In this document: in pieces, positions 39,351-48,453 of the stretch
How positions within the stretch are numbered: position 1 is the stretch's first letter
Layout of the letters: each line of letters opens with the position of its first letter
Source of the DNA: Burkholderiales bacterium
GTDB taxonomy: Bacteria; Pseudomonadota; Gammaproteobacteria; Burkholderiales; Burkholderiaceae_C
DNA length: 64,000 nucleotides
Direction: 5' to 3'
NCBI GenBank assembly: GCA_038243995.1
Contig: JBBRTV010000010.1
Location: forward strand, 82,431-146,430
Notes under the pieces: generated by a model
The model's database searches: none
What the model was told of the DNA's origin: nothing
What the model saw: the letters and a program-made list of their open reading frames with translations, nothing else
Made by a program: the position numbers and the translations under genes

Positions 39351-40393
39351 CCGCCCCCGCGACCTGGGCCGCGGACGAGCGACCGCTACTCGGGGTCGCC
39401 GGCGGCGCCGCCGCGAGCGATCCGGCGGCGCCGCCGGCGCAGGGCCGCCCCGACCCTGCGCGCCGTCCCGCGCGCAGGAAGCGCTTCGACGCCTTCCCGT
39501 GGCTGCTGCTGGCGCCGGCCGCCACGATGATGCTGCTGGTCAACCTGGTGCCTGTCGTCCAGGGCTTTCGCATGTCTTTGCGCAAGCTCAACCAGTACAC
39601 GCTGAACCAGTTCCTCGATGCGCCCTTCGTCGGCCTGCGCAACTACCGCGGCGTACTGTTCGACGCCGACAATCCGGTGCACAGCGGCATGCTGCTCGCG
39701 CTGCGCAACACCGGGCTGTACTCGCTGCTGGTGACGGCCTGCGCCGTCTCGCTCGGGCTGGCCGTGGCGCTCCTCCTGAATCGCGACTTTCCCGGCAAGG
39801 CGGCCGCGCGCACGCTGCTGATGTTGCCCTGGGTCGTGCCGACCTACGTCGTCGGCACGCTGTGGGGCTTCATGTGGCAGCGCGACGAGGGCATCATCAA
39901 CCACGTGCTCGTCGATGTGTTGCACCTGATGGACCACAAGCCCTTCTGGCTGATCGGCAGCAACACCTTCTTCGCGATCGTCATCCCCACGGTCTGGCGC
40001 GCCTGGCCGGTGCTGATGCTGATCTTCCTCGCGGCGCTGCAGTCCGTGCCGGAGGAACTGTACGAGGCCGCGAAGCTCGACGGCGCGAACGCGTGGCAGC
40101 GCTTCCGCAACATCACGTTGCCCATGCTGAAGCCGGTGATCGTGATCCAGGTGATGTTCCAGGTCATCGACAACATCTACTCGTACAACATCGTCGCGAT
40201 GATGTTCGGCAAGGGCGCGGGCTACCCGGGCGAATGGGGTGACCTGCTGATGCCGCTGCTGACGCGCCAGAGCTTCAGCTACTGGCGCTTCGGCGAGGGC
40301 GCGGCGGTCTCGTTCGTGATGATGGCCGTCATGCTGGTGTTCGTCGGCGTGTGGATGCGCGCGTTCCGCAGGAGCATGACCGATGGCGCATGA
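39347..40393 (+). CDS. Carbohydrate ABC transporter permease
   Basis: FVGLRNY, RTLLMLPWVVP, EELYEAAKLDGANAWQRFRNITLPMLKP (EAA loop); TTG start overlapping the SBP stop. Confidence 0.92.
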   Translation: MTAPATWAADERPLLGVAGGAAASDPAAPPAQGRPDPARRPARRKRFDAFPWLLLAPAATMMLLVNLVPVVQGFRMSLRKLNQYTLNQFLDAPFVGLRNYRGVLFDADNPVHSGMLLALRNTGLYSLLVTACAVSLGLAVALLLNRDFPGKAAARTLLMLPWVVPTYVVGTLWGFMWQRDEGIINHVLVDVLHLMDHKPFWLIGSNTFFAIVIPTVWRAWPVLMLIFLAALQSVPEELYEAAKLDGANAWQRFRNITLPMLKPVIVIQVMFQVIDNIYSYNIVAMMFGKGAGYPGEWGDLLMPLLTRQSFSYWRFGEGAAVSFVMMAVMLVFVGVWMRAFRRSMTDGA

Positions 40394-41321
40394 CCGCCCA
40401 CGGCTCCCGGCGGCTGCGGCCCCCGGGATGCGCTCGTCCGGCCCGGGGCGGCCCGGCGCTCGCCCGCGCAAGCGCTCCTCGCGCAAGGCATGGAACCAGC
40501 GTGCCCTGAACGCGCTCACCTGGGCCATCGTCGCGCTCACGCTGTCGCCCGTGGCGTTCATGGTCTACGCCTCGCTGTCCGACTACAACGACATCGCGGC
40601 CGGCGCGCTGGTGCATGCCGCCTTCACGCCGCACTGGTCGAACTACCGCGAAATGTGGGTCAACGTCGACTTCCTCTCGTTCCTGCGCAACAGCCTGATC
40701 ATCTGCGGCCTCACGACGGTGATCTCGACCTTCCTGGCCAGCCTCGCCGCCTATGCCCTTGCGCGCTTCCGCTTCCGCGGCAACCACGCGTTCAGTGTCG
40801 CGGTGAGCACGACGCAGGTGATCCCCGGCATGCTGTTCTTCCTGCCGCTGTACATGCTCTACATCCAGCTCGACGACGCCGGGCTCCCCATGATGAACAC
40901 GTACCACGGGATGATCTTCCTGTACTGCGCGATGTTCACGCCGGCGAGCATCTGGATCATGCGCGGCTTCTTCGTCTCGATTCCGCGCGACCTCGAGGAC
41001 GCCGCCGTGATCGACGGCTGCTCGCGCTTCGGCGCCTTCATCCGCATCGTGCTGCCGATCAGCGCGCCCGGCATCATCGCGACGGCTTCTTTCGTGTTCC
41101 TGCTGGCGTGGGACGAGGTCTTTTTCGCGTGGGTGCTCACCTCGTCGCCCGACGTGCAGACGGTGCCGGTCGGCCTGCGTCTCTACATGGGCCAGCACGC
41201 GACCCGCTACGACCTGATGATGGCCGCCGCCGTCGTCAGCGTGATTCCCGTGCTGCTGACGTTCTTCGCCTCCCAGCGCTGGTTCATCAAGGGACTGGCA
41301 GCCGGCGCGGTCAAGGGATGA
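40383..41321 (+). CDS. Carbohydrate ABC transporter permease
   Basis: LRNSLII, YALARFRFRG, IPRDLEDAAVIDGCSRFGAFIRIVLP, RYDLMMAAA. Confidence 0.92.
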   Translation: MAHDRPRLPAAAAPGMRSSGPGRPGARPRKRSSRKAWNQRALNALTWAIVALTLSPVAFMVYASLSDYNDIAAGALVHAAFTPHWSNYREMWVNVDFLSFLRNSLIICGLTTVISTFLASLAAYALARFRFRGNHAFSVAVSTTQVIPGMLFFLPLYMLYIQLDDAGLPMMNTYHGMIFLYCAMFTPASIWIMRGFFVSIPRDLEDAAVIDGCSRFGAFIRIVLPISAPGIIATASFVFLLAWDEVFFAWVLTSSPDVQTVPVGLRLYMGQHATRYDLMMAAAVVSVIPVLLTFFASQRWFIKGLAAGAVKG

Positions 41322-41328
41322 CGACCCC

Positions 41329-42471
41329 ATGGACGCCCCCGACCGAGCCGATTCCGTCGACGCCCATCGCGACGACGTCGTCGATGCGCACGTCCCGAAC
41401 ACCAACACTGCGCCCGCTGCCATCGCAGCCCGCGCGCCCGAACCGCGCTCCATGACGACTTCCATTTCAACGAGAGCGCCCGCGACGGGCCCCCTTCCCG
41501 CGCTGCCGACCGCCCCGCGCGTGCTCGCCTTCGACATCGGCGGCACGTGGGTCAAGATCGGCGTCGTCGATGCCACGGGTGCCGTGTTGCATGTCGAACA
41601 GCTGGCGACGCAGAGCGTGCCCGACGGCAAGGCCCTGCTGGCGCGACTGCTGACGATCGCCCGGCCCCTGGTCGCGAGCTGGGCGCCCGTCGGCGTCGCG
41701 TTCTCCACCCTGGGCATCATCGACCCGCGCGAAGGTCGTCTCGTCGGTGCCGTCGAGGCGATCGAAGGCTATTTCGGCCAGTCGCCAAAGGCGTCCTTCG
41801 AAAGCGCGTTCGGGCTGCCGGTCGTGGTCGAGAACGACGGCAACTGCGTCGCCCTCGCCGAGGGCTGGACGGGGTCCGCCGTAGGCCTGAAGCACTACAT
41901 CGCGCTCACGCTGGGCACCGGCATCGGCGGCGGGATCGTGATCGACGGTCGCCTCTACCGCGGCGCCAACGGCGCGGCCGGCGAATGGGGCTACATGCTG
42001 GTGGAGGGCAAGGTATGGGAAGACCACGCCTCGCCACGCGGACTCGCCGCGGCGGCCGAGCGCGCGCGCCCCGGCTGCGGCTACGACGCCGCGGCGGTCT
42101 TCGCCGCGCGCGACGCCGGGGACGACGTCATGCGCGGGGTGCTCGCGCAGTGGTTCGCGCTGCTCGCCACCGGCCTGGCGAACCTGCTGTTCGCGTTCAA
42201 TCCGGCGCGCGTCATCATCGGCGGCGGCATTACCGCGCGCGGCCCGGACTTGCTACAGGAATTGCGCGCCGAGATGCGGCTGCGGCTGCGGCCCGATTTC
42301 TACCGGATGTGCGACATCGTGCTGGCCAGCGCCGGCAACCAGGCCGGCCTGCTCGGCGCCGCGCGACGCTGGCTGGACGAACTCGGCGGCGCGAACGCGC
42401 CCGCGTCGCCCGCCACCCCCTTGTCCCCGCCGCCGGCGGACCGCGCGCCGTCGCCATCCGCTTCCGCCTGA
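41329..42471 (+). CDS. ROK family sugar kinase (candidate glucosamine or glucosaminide kinase)
   Basis: FDIGGT, VENDGNCVALAE, LGTGIGGGI, GAAGEWGYM; no HTH. Start is 41329 or 41452. Confidence 0.85.
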   Translation: MDAPDRADSVDAHRDDVVDAHVPNTNTAPAAIAARAPEPRSMTTSISTRAPATGPLPALPTAPRVLAFDIGGTWVKIGVVDATGAVLHVEQLATQSVPDGKALLARLLTIARPLVASWAPVGVAFSTLGIIDPREGRLVGAVEAIEGYFGQSPKASFESAFGLPVVVENDGNCVALAEGWTGSAVGLKHYIALTLGTGIGGGIVIDGRLYRGANGAAGEWGYMLVEGKVWEDHASPRGLAAAAERARPGCGYDAAAVFAARDAGDDVMRGVLAQWFALLATGLANLLFAFNPARVIIGGGITARGPDLLQELRAEMRLRLRPDFYRMCDIVLASAGNQAGLLGAARRWLDELGGANAPASPATPLSPPPADRAPSPSASA

Positions 42472-42476
42472 TCGCC

Positions 42477-44207
42477 ATGCAAGTCCTGCTCAATCATGTC
42501 GGGTTCCGGCCCGCTTCGCCCAAGCGGGCTTTCGTGCAGCATGACGAGCCCGTCGCCGCGCAAGGCTTTTCGGTCGTCGACGCGCGCACGCGCCGCGTCG
42601 TCCACACCGGATCGCTGCAGCCGCTCCAGCCCGCCGCGGGCTGGCAGGGCCGCCACTTCGCCGCCGTCGACCTCGACGCGCTGACGACCCCGGGCACCTA
42701 CTACGTGATGCTCGACGGTGCCTGGCCGCCGGTGCTGTCGCAGAACTTCGCGATCGGCGAGACGCTGTTCGGCAGCCAGATGCTGTCGGACATCGTCCAC
42801 TACTTCAAGTCACAGCGCTGCACGGGCCGGTTCGACGCCGCCGACCGCAGCGCGCCGCTGTTCGACACGCGCGCGCCGCGCGACGTGCACGGCGGCTGGT
42901 ACGACGCCTCCGGCGACTGCTCGAAGTACCTGTCTCACCTGTCGTACGCGAACTTCATGAATCCGCAGCAGACGCCGCTGGTCACCTGGACGCTGCTGGC
43001 CGGCCGCGACCGCCTTCCCGCGCAGTCCACGTGGCTCGACGAGCGCATCGTCGACGAGGCGCTGCACGGCGCCGACTTCCTGGTGCGCATGCAGGCGCCC
43101 GAAGGCTTCTTCTACACGACGGTGTTCGACAAGTGGAGCAAGGACGAGCACCAGCGCGAGATCTGTTCCTACGCGACACAGAAGGGCATCAAGTCGGCCG
43201 ACTACCAGGCCGGCTTCCGCCAGGGTGGCGGCCTCGCGATCGCCGCGCTCGCCCGCGCCAGCGGCCTGTCGCGCGACGGCGAGTTCACGCGCGCCGACTA
43301 TCTCGACCGCGCGGCGCGCGCCTTCGACGTGCTCGAGACGCGCAATGTCGATTTCGTCGACGACCATCAGGAGAACCTGATCGACGACTACTGCGCACTG
43401 CTGGGCGCCAGCGAGCTCTGCGCCCGCACGGGCGACGCGCGCTGGCGCGACGCGTCCGCGCGGCGTGCGCACCGCATCGTCGCGCAGCAGGATGCGCAGG
43501 GCTTCTTCTGGTGCGACCGCGCCCGCACGCGCAGCTTCTTCCACGCCAGCGATGCCGGCCTGCCCTGCATCGCGCTGATGCGCTTCCTCGAGTGCGTTCC
43601 CGACACCGACCTCGCTCCCGCGATCCGCGGCACCCTGTTGCGCGCCTTGCGCTTCGAGCTCGAGATCACGCACGGTGGTGGCGCCGGCGCGAACCCGCTC
43701 GGGTATCCGCGCCAGTACGTCGTCATGCCCGGGCGGGCGCCGTCCACGCAGTTCTTCGTGCCGCACGACAATGAAAGCGGCTACTGGTGGCAAGGCGAGA
43801 ACGCCCGCCTGGGCTCGCTCGCGACCGCCGCGCGCGCCGCCGCCGGGCTGCATCTCGCCGATGCCTCGTTCGACGCCACCCTCGACGCTCATGCCGACGG
43901 GATCCTCGACTGGATCTTCGGCGCCAACCCGTTCGACACCTGCATGCTGCAGGGCTGGGGCCACGACCCGCCGCGCTACGAGCCCGGGTTCTGGAACGCC
44001 GCCGGAGGCGTCTGCAACGGCATCACGTCCGGACTGGACGACGAACGAGACATCGATTTCCGCAAGCCTGAAGAGACCGTGCCCATGCACTCGTGGCGCT
44101 GGACCGAGCAGTGGATCCCTCATGCGGCGTGGCTGTACTGCGCGCTCGCACACGGGCTCACCACGCCGCAGACGCCGCACCCCCCCTTTGTCGCGGACAC
44201 GCGCTGA
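42477..44207 (+). CDS. GH9 exo-beta-D-glucosaminidase-like enzyme (Vibrio VC0615/Photobacterium type), cytoplasmic
   Basis: MQVLLNHVGF, GGWYDASGDCSKYLSHLSYANFMNPQQTP, AGFRQGGG, HDNESGYWWQGENARL, NGITSG, WRWTEQWIPH; no signal peptide. Confidence 0.85.
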   Translation: MQVLLNHVGFRPASPKRAFVQHDEPVAAQGFSVVDARTRRVVHTGSLQPLQPAAGWQGRHFAAVDLDALTTPGTYYVMLDGAWPPVLSQNFAIGETLFGSQMLSDIVHYFKSQRCTGRFDAADRSAPLFDTRAPRDVHGGWYDASGDCSKYLSHLSYANFMNPQQTPLVTWTLLAGRDRLPAQSTWLDERIVDEALHGADFLVRMQAPEGFFYTTVFDKWSKDEHQREICSYATQKGIKSADYQAGFRQGGGLAIAALARASGLSRDGEFTRADYLDRAARAFDVLETRNVDFVDDHQENLIDDYCALLGASELCARTGDARWRDASARRAHRIVAQQDAQGFFWCDRARTRSFFHASDAGLPCIALMRFLECVPDTDLAPAIRGTLLRALRFELEITHGGGAGANPLGYPRQYVVMPGRAPSTQFFVPHDNESGYWWQGENARLGSLATAARAAAGLHLADASFDATLDAHADGILDWIFGANPFDTCMLQGWGHDPPRYEPGFWNAAGGVCNGITSGLDDERDIDFRKPEETVPMHSWRWTEQWIPHAAWLYCALAHGLTTPQTPHPPFVADTR

Positions 44208-44246
44208 CCCCGCAGCGCCGAAGACGCAAGCCTCGAGGCCTCGCTC

Positions 44247-47036
44247 ATGAACTTCAGACTCGAACCCCTGGCATCCGCGGCGGCGGTGTTGCTGTCGGGC
44301 GCGCTCGCGCCCGCCCAGGCGCAGGACGCGCCCGCTCCGCCGACGTCGCAACCCGGCGCCGCCGCCACGCCCCCCGACGTCCAGGTCGTCGAGGTCAAGG
44401 GCATCCGCGCCTCCTACGCCTCGTCGCTGGGCAGCAAGAAGAGCGCCGATTCGCTCGTCGAGGTCGTCACGGCGGAAGACGTCGGCAAGCTGCCGGCGAA
44501 GAACGTCGCCGATACCGTGCAACGCCTGCCGGGCGTGAACATCAGCTCCAATTCGGGCGGCGACGGCGCCTTCGCCGATGCCAACCGCGTGAGCATCCGC
44601 GGCACCGCCCCGTCGCTGACGCAGACGCTCGTCAACGGCCACAGCGTGGGCAGTGCCGACTGGTTCATCGCGAACCAGGGCGTCAACGGGGGCGCTTCCG
44701 GCCGCAGCGTCAGCTACGACCTGCTGCCGTCGGAGATCGTCGGCAAGGTCACGGTCTACAAGGCCTCGCAGGCCGACCTGATCGAGGGCGGCGCGACGGG
44801 CTCGGTCGACATCGAAACCCGCTCGCCGCTGAGCCTGGCCAAGTCCTTGACGCTCGACGGCACGATCGAGGCGGCCTACAGCACCTCGACCCGCAAGGTC
44901 GACCCCCAGCTCAGCGGCCTGGTCGGCTGGAAGAACGACGCCAAGACGATGGGCGTGATCCTGCAGGTGTTCTCGGAGAAGCGCCACGACCGGCGCGACG
45001 GCCAGGAATTCCTCGGCTACGACACGATCTCGCTGCAAGGCATCGCCGACGGGCTGGGCGTCGACAAGTCCACGTTCCCGGCGAACGCCGCGGGCCTCGA
45101 GGGCGTGACCTACGCCAACAATGTCAATGCCACGCTGCTCGAGATGACGATGGAGCGCAAGGGCGGCCTCGTCGACCTCGAACTCAAGCCCACGAGCGCA
45201 CTGCGGATCGACTTCAACGGCTTCTATTCCAAGGTGACGGAAACCAACCAGGACTCGAGCCTCGAGACCGAGCAGACCGCGTTGATCAACTCGGGCATCT
45301 TTCCCGACTCCTACAAGGTCGCCAACGGCCTGCTCACCCAGGCGACCTGGAACCAGGCGACGATGCCCGACTACGCGTCGACCGGCGCCTACCAGGCCGA
45401 CTACGACAAGTACTACCGCCCCGGCGAGAATGCGCGCGTCTACTACGCCGACCTCGACGTCGACTTCGCGGCCTCCGACAAGCTGCGCCTGAGCGGCAAG
45501 CTCGGCAAGACCCAGGCCGTCGGCGCGACGCCGAACGAATACGCCTACGTGACCAACGTCGGCAACGCCGGCCTGAGCTACCAGATGAACGGCCTGCACA
45601 CGCCCGCGGACGTCTCGTTTCCCACCTTCCCGAACACGGCCAACTTCAACGATCCGCACCTCTTCCTCGCGTACGACGGCTTGAACAAGGTGAAGTCGAC
45701 CGACCAGGAGACTTACCTGCAGGGCGACGCCGAATTCGCCGTCGAGAGCGGCGTGCTGGATGCGATCAAGGTCGGCGCCCGCATCACGAGCCACCAGCGC
45801 AGCGTGCTCGACTACTACAACGACGGGTGCTTCGCGCAGCCAGCCGATGCCACGTTCACGCAGTGCAACGGCCTTGCCGCCTGGCACGGCGAGATCGAGA
45901 ATCGCTATGGCCAGGGCCTGGGGGGCGGCCCCGGTTTCCTGCATGACATCTGGCAGCTCAGCCCCGGCGCGATCGCCGACTACGTCAACGCACCGGGCAA
46001 CCTGCCGGCGACGTCGATACCCTATTCGTGGCCCAGCAGCTTCGTCGTCAACGAGAAGACGACGGCGCTCTACGGCATGGCCAAGCTCGCGGGCGAGCGC
46101 TGGAAGGGCAACGCCGGGCTGCGCGTCGTGCGCACGCGCCAGGAGGCGAACTACAACGAGGGCGCCGACGCCGCCGCGCCCGGGGACACGATCTACGCCG
46201 ATCCGCACAACGGCGACTACATCCGCGTGCAGACGAGCAAGACCTACACCGACCTGCTGCCGAGCGCGAACCTGAGCTATGAATTCACGCGCAACCTGGT
46301 CGGCCGCTTCTCGGCGGCGCGCACGATGACGCGGGCGGACTACACCGACCTGGCGGGCGCCGTGAGCCTGAACGGCCAGAACGGCACAGGCTCCGGCGGC
46401 AACCCCCGGCTCAAGCCGGTGCGCTCCAGCAACTTCGATGCGTCGCTGGAGTGGTACTTCGCGCCGCAGTCGCTGTTCGAGGTCGGCGTGTTCTACATGG
46501 ACCTGACCTCGTACATCGGCTACGGCCAGACGACCGTCACCGCCCCCAACCTGCAGCAGGGCATCCCGACGCCGACGTTCGACTACGCCGTGGCGGTGCC
46601 GGTCAACGACAAGGGCACCAACAAGGGCTTCGAGATCGCCTGGCAGCAGCCGGTCGGCGCGGGCTTCGGCCTCGACTTGAACTACACCTTCGCGCGCGGT
46701 CGCGATTCGAACGGCGCTCCGCTCGCGGGCTCGTCGAAGAACACGTACAACGCGCAGGCCTGGTTCGAGAACGACGTCTTCAACGCGCGCCTGATCTACA
46801 GCTACCGGTCGGACTTCCTGACGGGCATCGTCAGCACGCTGCCGCAGTACGTCGCCGGCGCGGGCGACGTCTCTGCCTCGATCAACGTCAAGCTGACGCA
46901 CCAGCTGTCGCTGTCCTTCGACGCGAAGAACCTCACGGGCGAGCTCGCGCGCCAGTACGTCGAGCGCAAGGACATGCCGTCGGCGATCTACAACAACGGC
47001 AAGCAGTACTACCTGGGCTTGAAGTACTCGATGTGA
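44247..47036 (+). CDS. TonB-dependent receptor 3
   Basis: Signal peptide, VEVKGIRASY, AEDVGKLPAKNVADTVQRLPGV, GNPRLKP, GKQYYLGLKYSM. Confidence 0.95.
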   Translation: MNFRLEPLASAAAVLLSGALAPAQAQDAPAPPTSQPGAAATPPDVQVVEVKGIRASYASSLGSKKSADSLVEVVTAEDVGKLPAKNVADTVQRLPGVNISSNSGGDGAFADANRVSIRGTAPSLTQTLVNGHSVGSADWFIANQGVNGGASGRSVSYDLLPSEIVGKVTVYKASQADLIEGGATGSVDIETRSPLSLAKSLTLDGTIEAAYSTSTRKVDPQLSGLVGWKNDAKTMGVILQVFSEKRHDRRDGQEFLGYDTISLQGIADGLGVDKSTFPANAAGLEGVTYANNVNATLLEMTMERKGGLVDLELKPTSALRIDFNGFYSKVTETNQDSSLETEQTALINSGIFPDSYKVANGLLTQATWNQATMPDYASTGAYQADYDKYYRPGENARVYYADLDVDFAASDKLRLSGKLGKTQAVGATPNEYAYVTNVGNAGLSYQMNGLHTPADVSFPTFPNTANFNDPHLFLAYDGLNKVKSTDQETYLQGDAEFAVESGVLDAIKVGARITSHQRSVLDYYNDGCFAQPADATFTQCNGLAAWHGEIENRYGQGLGGGPGFLHDIWQLSPGAIADYVNAPGNLPATSIPYSWPSSFVVNEKTTALYGMAKLAGERWKGNAGLRVVRTRQEANYNEGADAAAPGDTIYADPHNGDYIRVQTSKTYTDLLPSANLSYEFTRNLVGRFSAARTMTRADYTDLAGAVSLNGQNGTGSGGNPRLKPVRSSNFDASLEWYFAPQSLFEVGVFYMDLTSYIGYGQTTVTAPNLQQGIPTPTFDYAVAVPVNDKGTNKGFEIAWQQPVGAGFGLDLNYTFARGRDSNGAPLAGSSKNTYNAQAWFENDVFNARLIYSYRSDFLTGIVSTLPQYVAGAGDVSASINVKLTHQLSLSFDAKNLTGELARQYVERKDMPSAIYNNGKQYYLGLKYSM

Positions 47037-47244
47037 GCGGCGCTCCGGGGTCGTCCCGAACGGCCACCGGAATCTCCTGCGCACGCAGCCGCCCAGGCCG
47101 GTCGTGCGACGGTTTATGGCGGGCTGCGATCTTCCAGGTGGCACAAGGGCGGGCCTGGCGCCTGGATCCGTTGCAGCGGGGTCGACAGCCCGCCACCCAT
47201 TTTGCGCGCATCTGGTTACATCCACGCATCGAACGACAAGCATC

Positions 47245-48453
47245 TTGATCACGACCCTCACGCGCCAACGCATCCTGTCGATCGACGCCCTGCGCGGGCT
47301 GACGATCCTCGTCATGGTCTTCGTCAACCAGCTCGCGGGTGTCAGCGGCGTGCCGCAGTGGGCGCGCCACATGAAGGCCGATGCCGACGCGATGAGTTTC
47401 GTCGACGTCGTCTTCCCGGCTTTCCTGTTCATCGTGGGGATGGCTATCCCGTTCGCGCTCGACCAGCGCATCGCGCGCGGAGACGACGGCGGCGCGCTGC
47501 AGCGCCATGTGCTCGGCCGCACGGCCGGCCTGGTCGTGCTCGGCCTGTTCATGGTCAACGCCGAAGACGGCTTCAACGCCGCGTTCATGCCGTGGTCGAT
47601 ATCGGCCTGGTCGCTGGCGCTGTACGGCTGCGTGTTCCTCGTCTGGGGTGTCTACGGATCGCGCGAACCCGGTGGCCTGAACGTGTGGCGTACCGTGGGC
47701 ATGCTCGGCTTGCTGGTCCTGGCCGACGCCTGGCACGGCGGCGCCGACGGCACGCGCTGGGTGACGCATCAGTGGTGGGGCATTCTCGGCCTGATCGGCT
47801 GGTCGTACCTGATCGCCGCGACGGTCTACCTCGGCTGCGGAGGCCGTCTCGGGGGCCTGTTCGTCGCGATCGCGGGCTGCATCGGGTTCTACGCCGCGGC
47901 GCATGCCATCGCCGTGCCGCCGCATTCCGCCTGGGCCGATCTTCTCGACGAGCGCGGCATGGTCTGCGAGACCTCGCTCACCCTGCTGGGCATCGTGACC
48001 ACCCTGATCTTCTTCGGCGAGCGGCGCGCCCCGGGGCAAGCGGAGCGCGCGACGCTGCGCCAGCGCTTCCTCCAGGCGTTGGCGCTGGTCGGCGCGCTCG
48101 TGGTCGCCGGCGCCCTGTTGCGTCCGCTCTACACGATCTCGAAGATCTACGGGTCGCCGACCTGGTGCCTCTACTCGGGCGCGATCTGCATCACGTCGTT
48201 CGCCGCCCTGACCTGGCTGATCGACGTGCGACGCCATGCCGGCTGGGTGCGGCTGGTCGCTCCGGCCGCGGCGAATCCGCTGCTCGCCTACCTGATTCCG
48301 TTCGTGGTCGAGGCGGCGCTCGGCGTATTCCACGTCGCGCTGCCGGACGTCCTGGAGCACGGCGCGGCCGGCGTCGCTTTCAGCGCGGCGTTTGCCGTTC
48401 TCGTGCTGGGCATGACGGCGCTGGCCGCGCGCCGCGTGCGCCTGCAGCTCTGA
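47245..48453 (+). CDS. nagX: NagX/DUF5009 membrane protein (HGSNAT-like acyltransferase family)
   Basis: RILSIDALRGLTILVMVFVN, DVVFPAFLFIVGMAIPF, WWGILGLIGWSY, ISKIYGSPTW, ANPLLAY; TTG start uncertain. Confidence 0.75.
   Translation: MITTLTRQRILSIDALRGLTILVMVFVNQLAGVSGVPQWARHMKADADAMSFVDVVFPAFLFIVGMAIPFALDQRIARGDDGGALQRHVLGRTAGLVVLGLFMVNAEDGFNAAFMPWSISAWSLALYGCVFLVWGVYGSREPGGLNVWRTVGMLGLLVLADAWHGGADGTRWVTHQWWGILGLIGWSYLIAATVYLGCGGRLGGLFVAIAGCIGFYAAAHAIAVPPHSAWADLLDERGMVCETSLTLLGIVTTLIFFGERRAPGQAERATLRQRFLQALALVGALVVAGALLRPLYTISKIYGSPTWCLYSGAICITSFAALTWLIDVRRHAGWVRLVAPAAANPLLAYLIPFVVEAALGVFHVALPDVLEHGAAGVAFSAAFAVLVLGMTALAARRVRLQL

Noticed and set aside
40390-40509. ATGA-coupled 39-codon frame at the permease-permease junction, hinting at a frameshift
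   Set aside because: The permease frame is open from ATG 40383 and complete, so no frameshift is needed.
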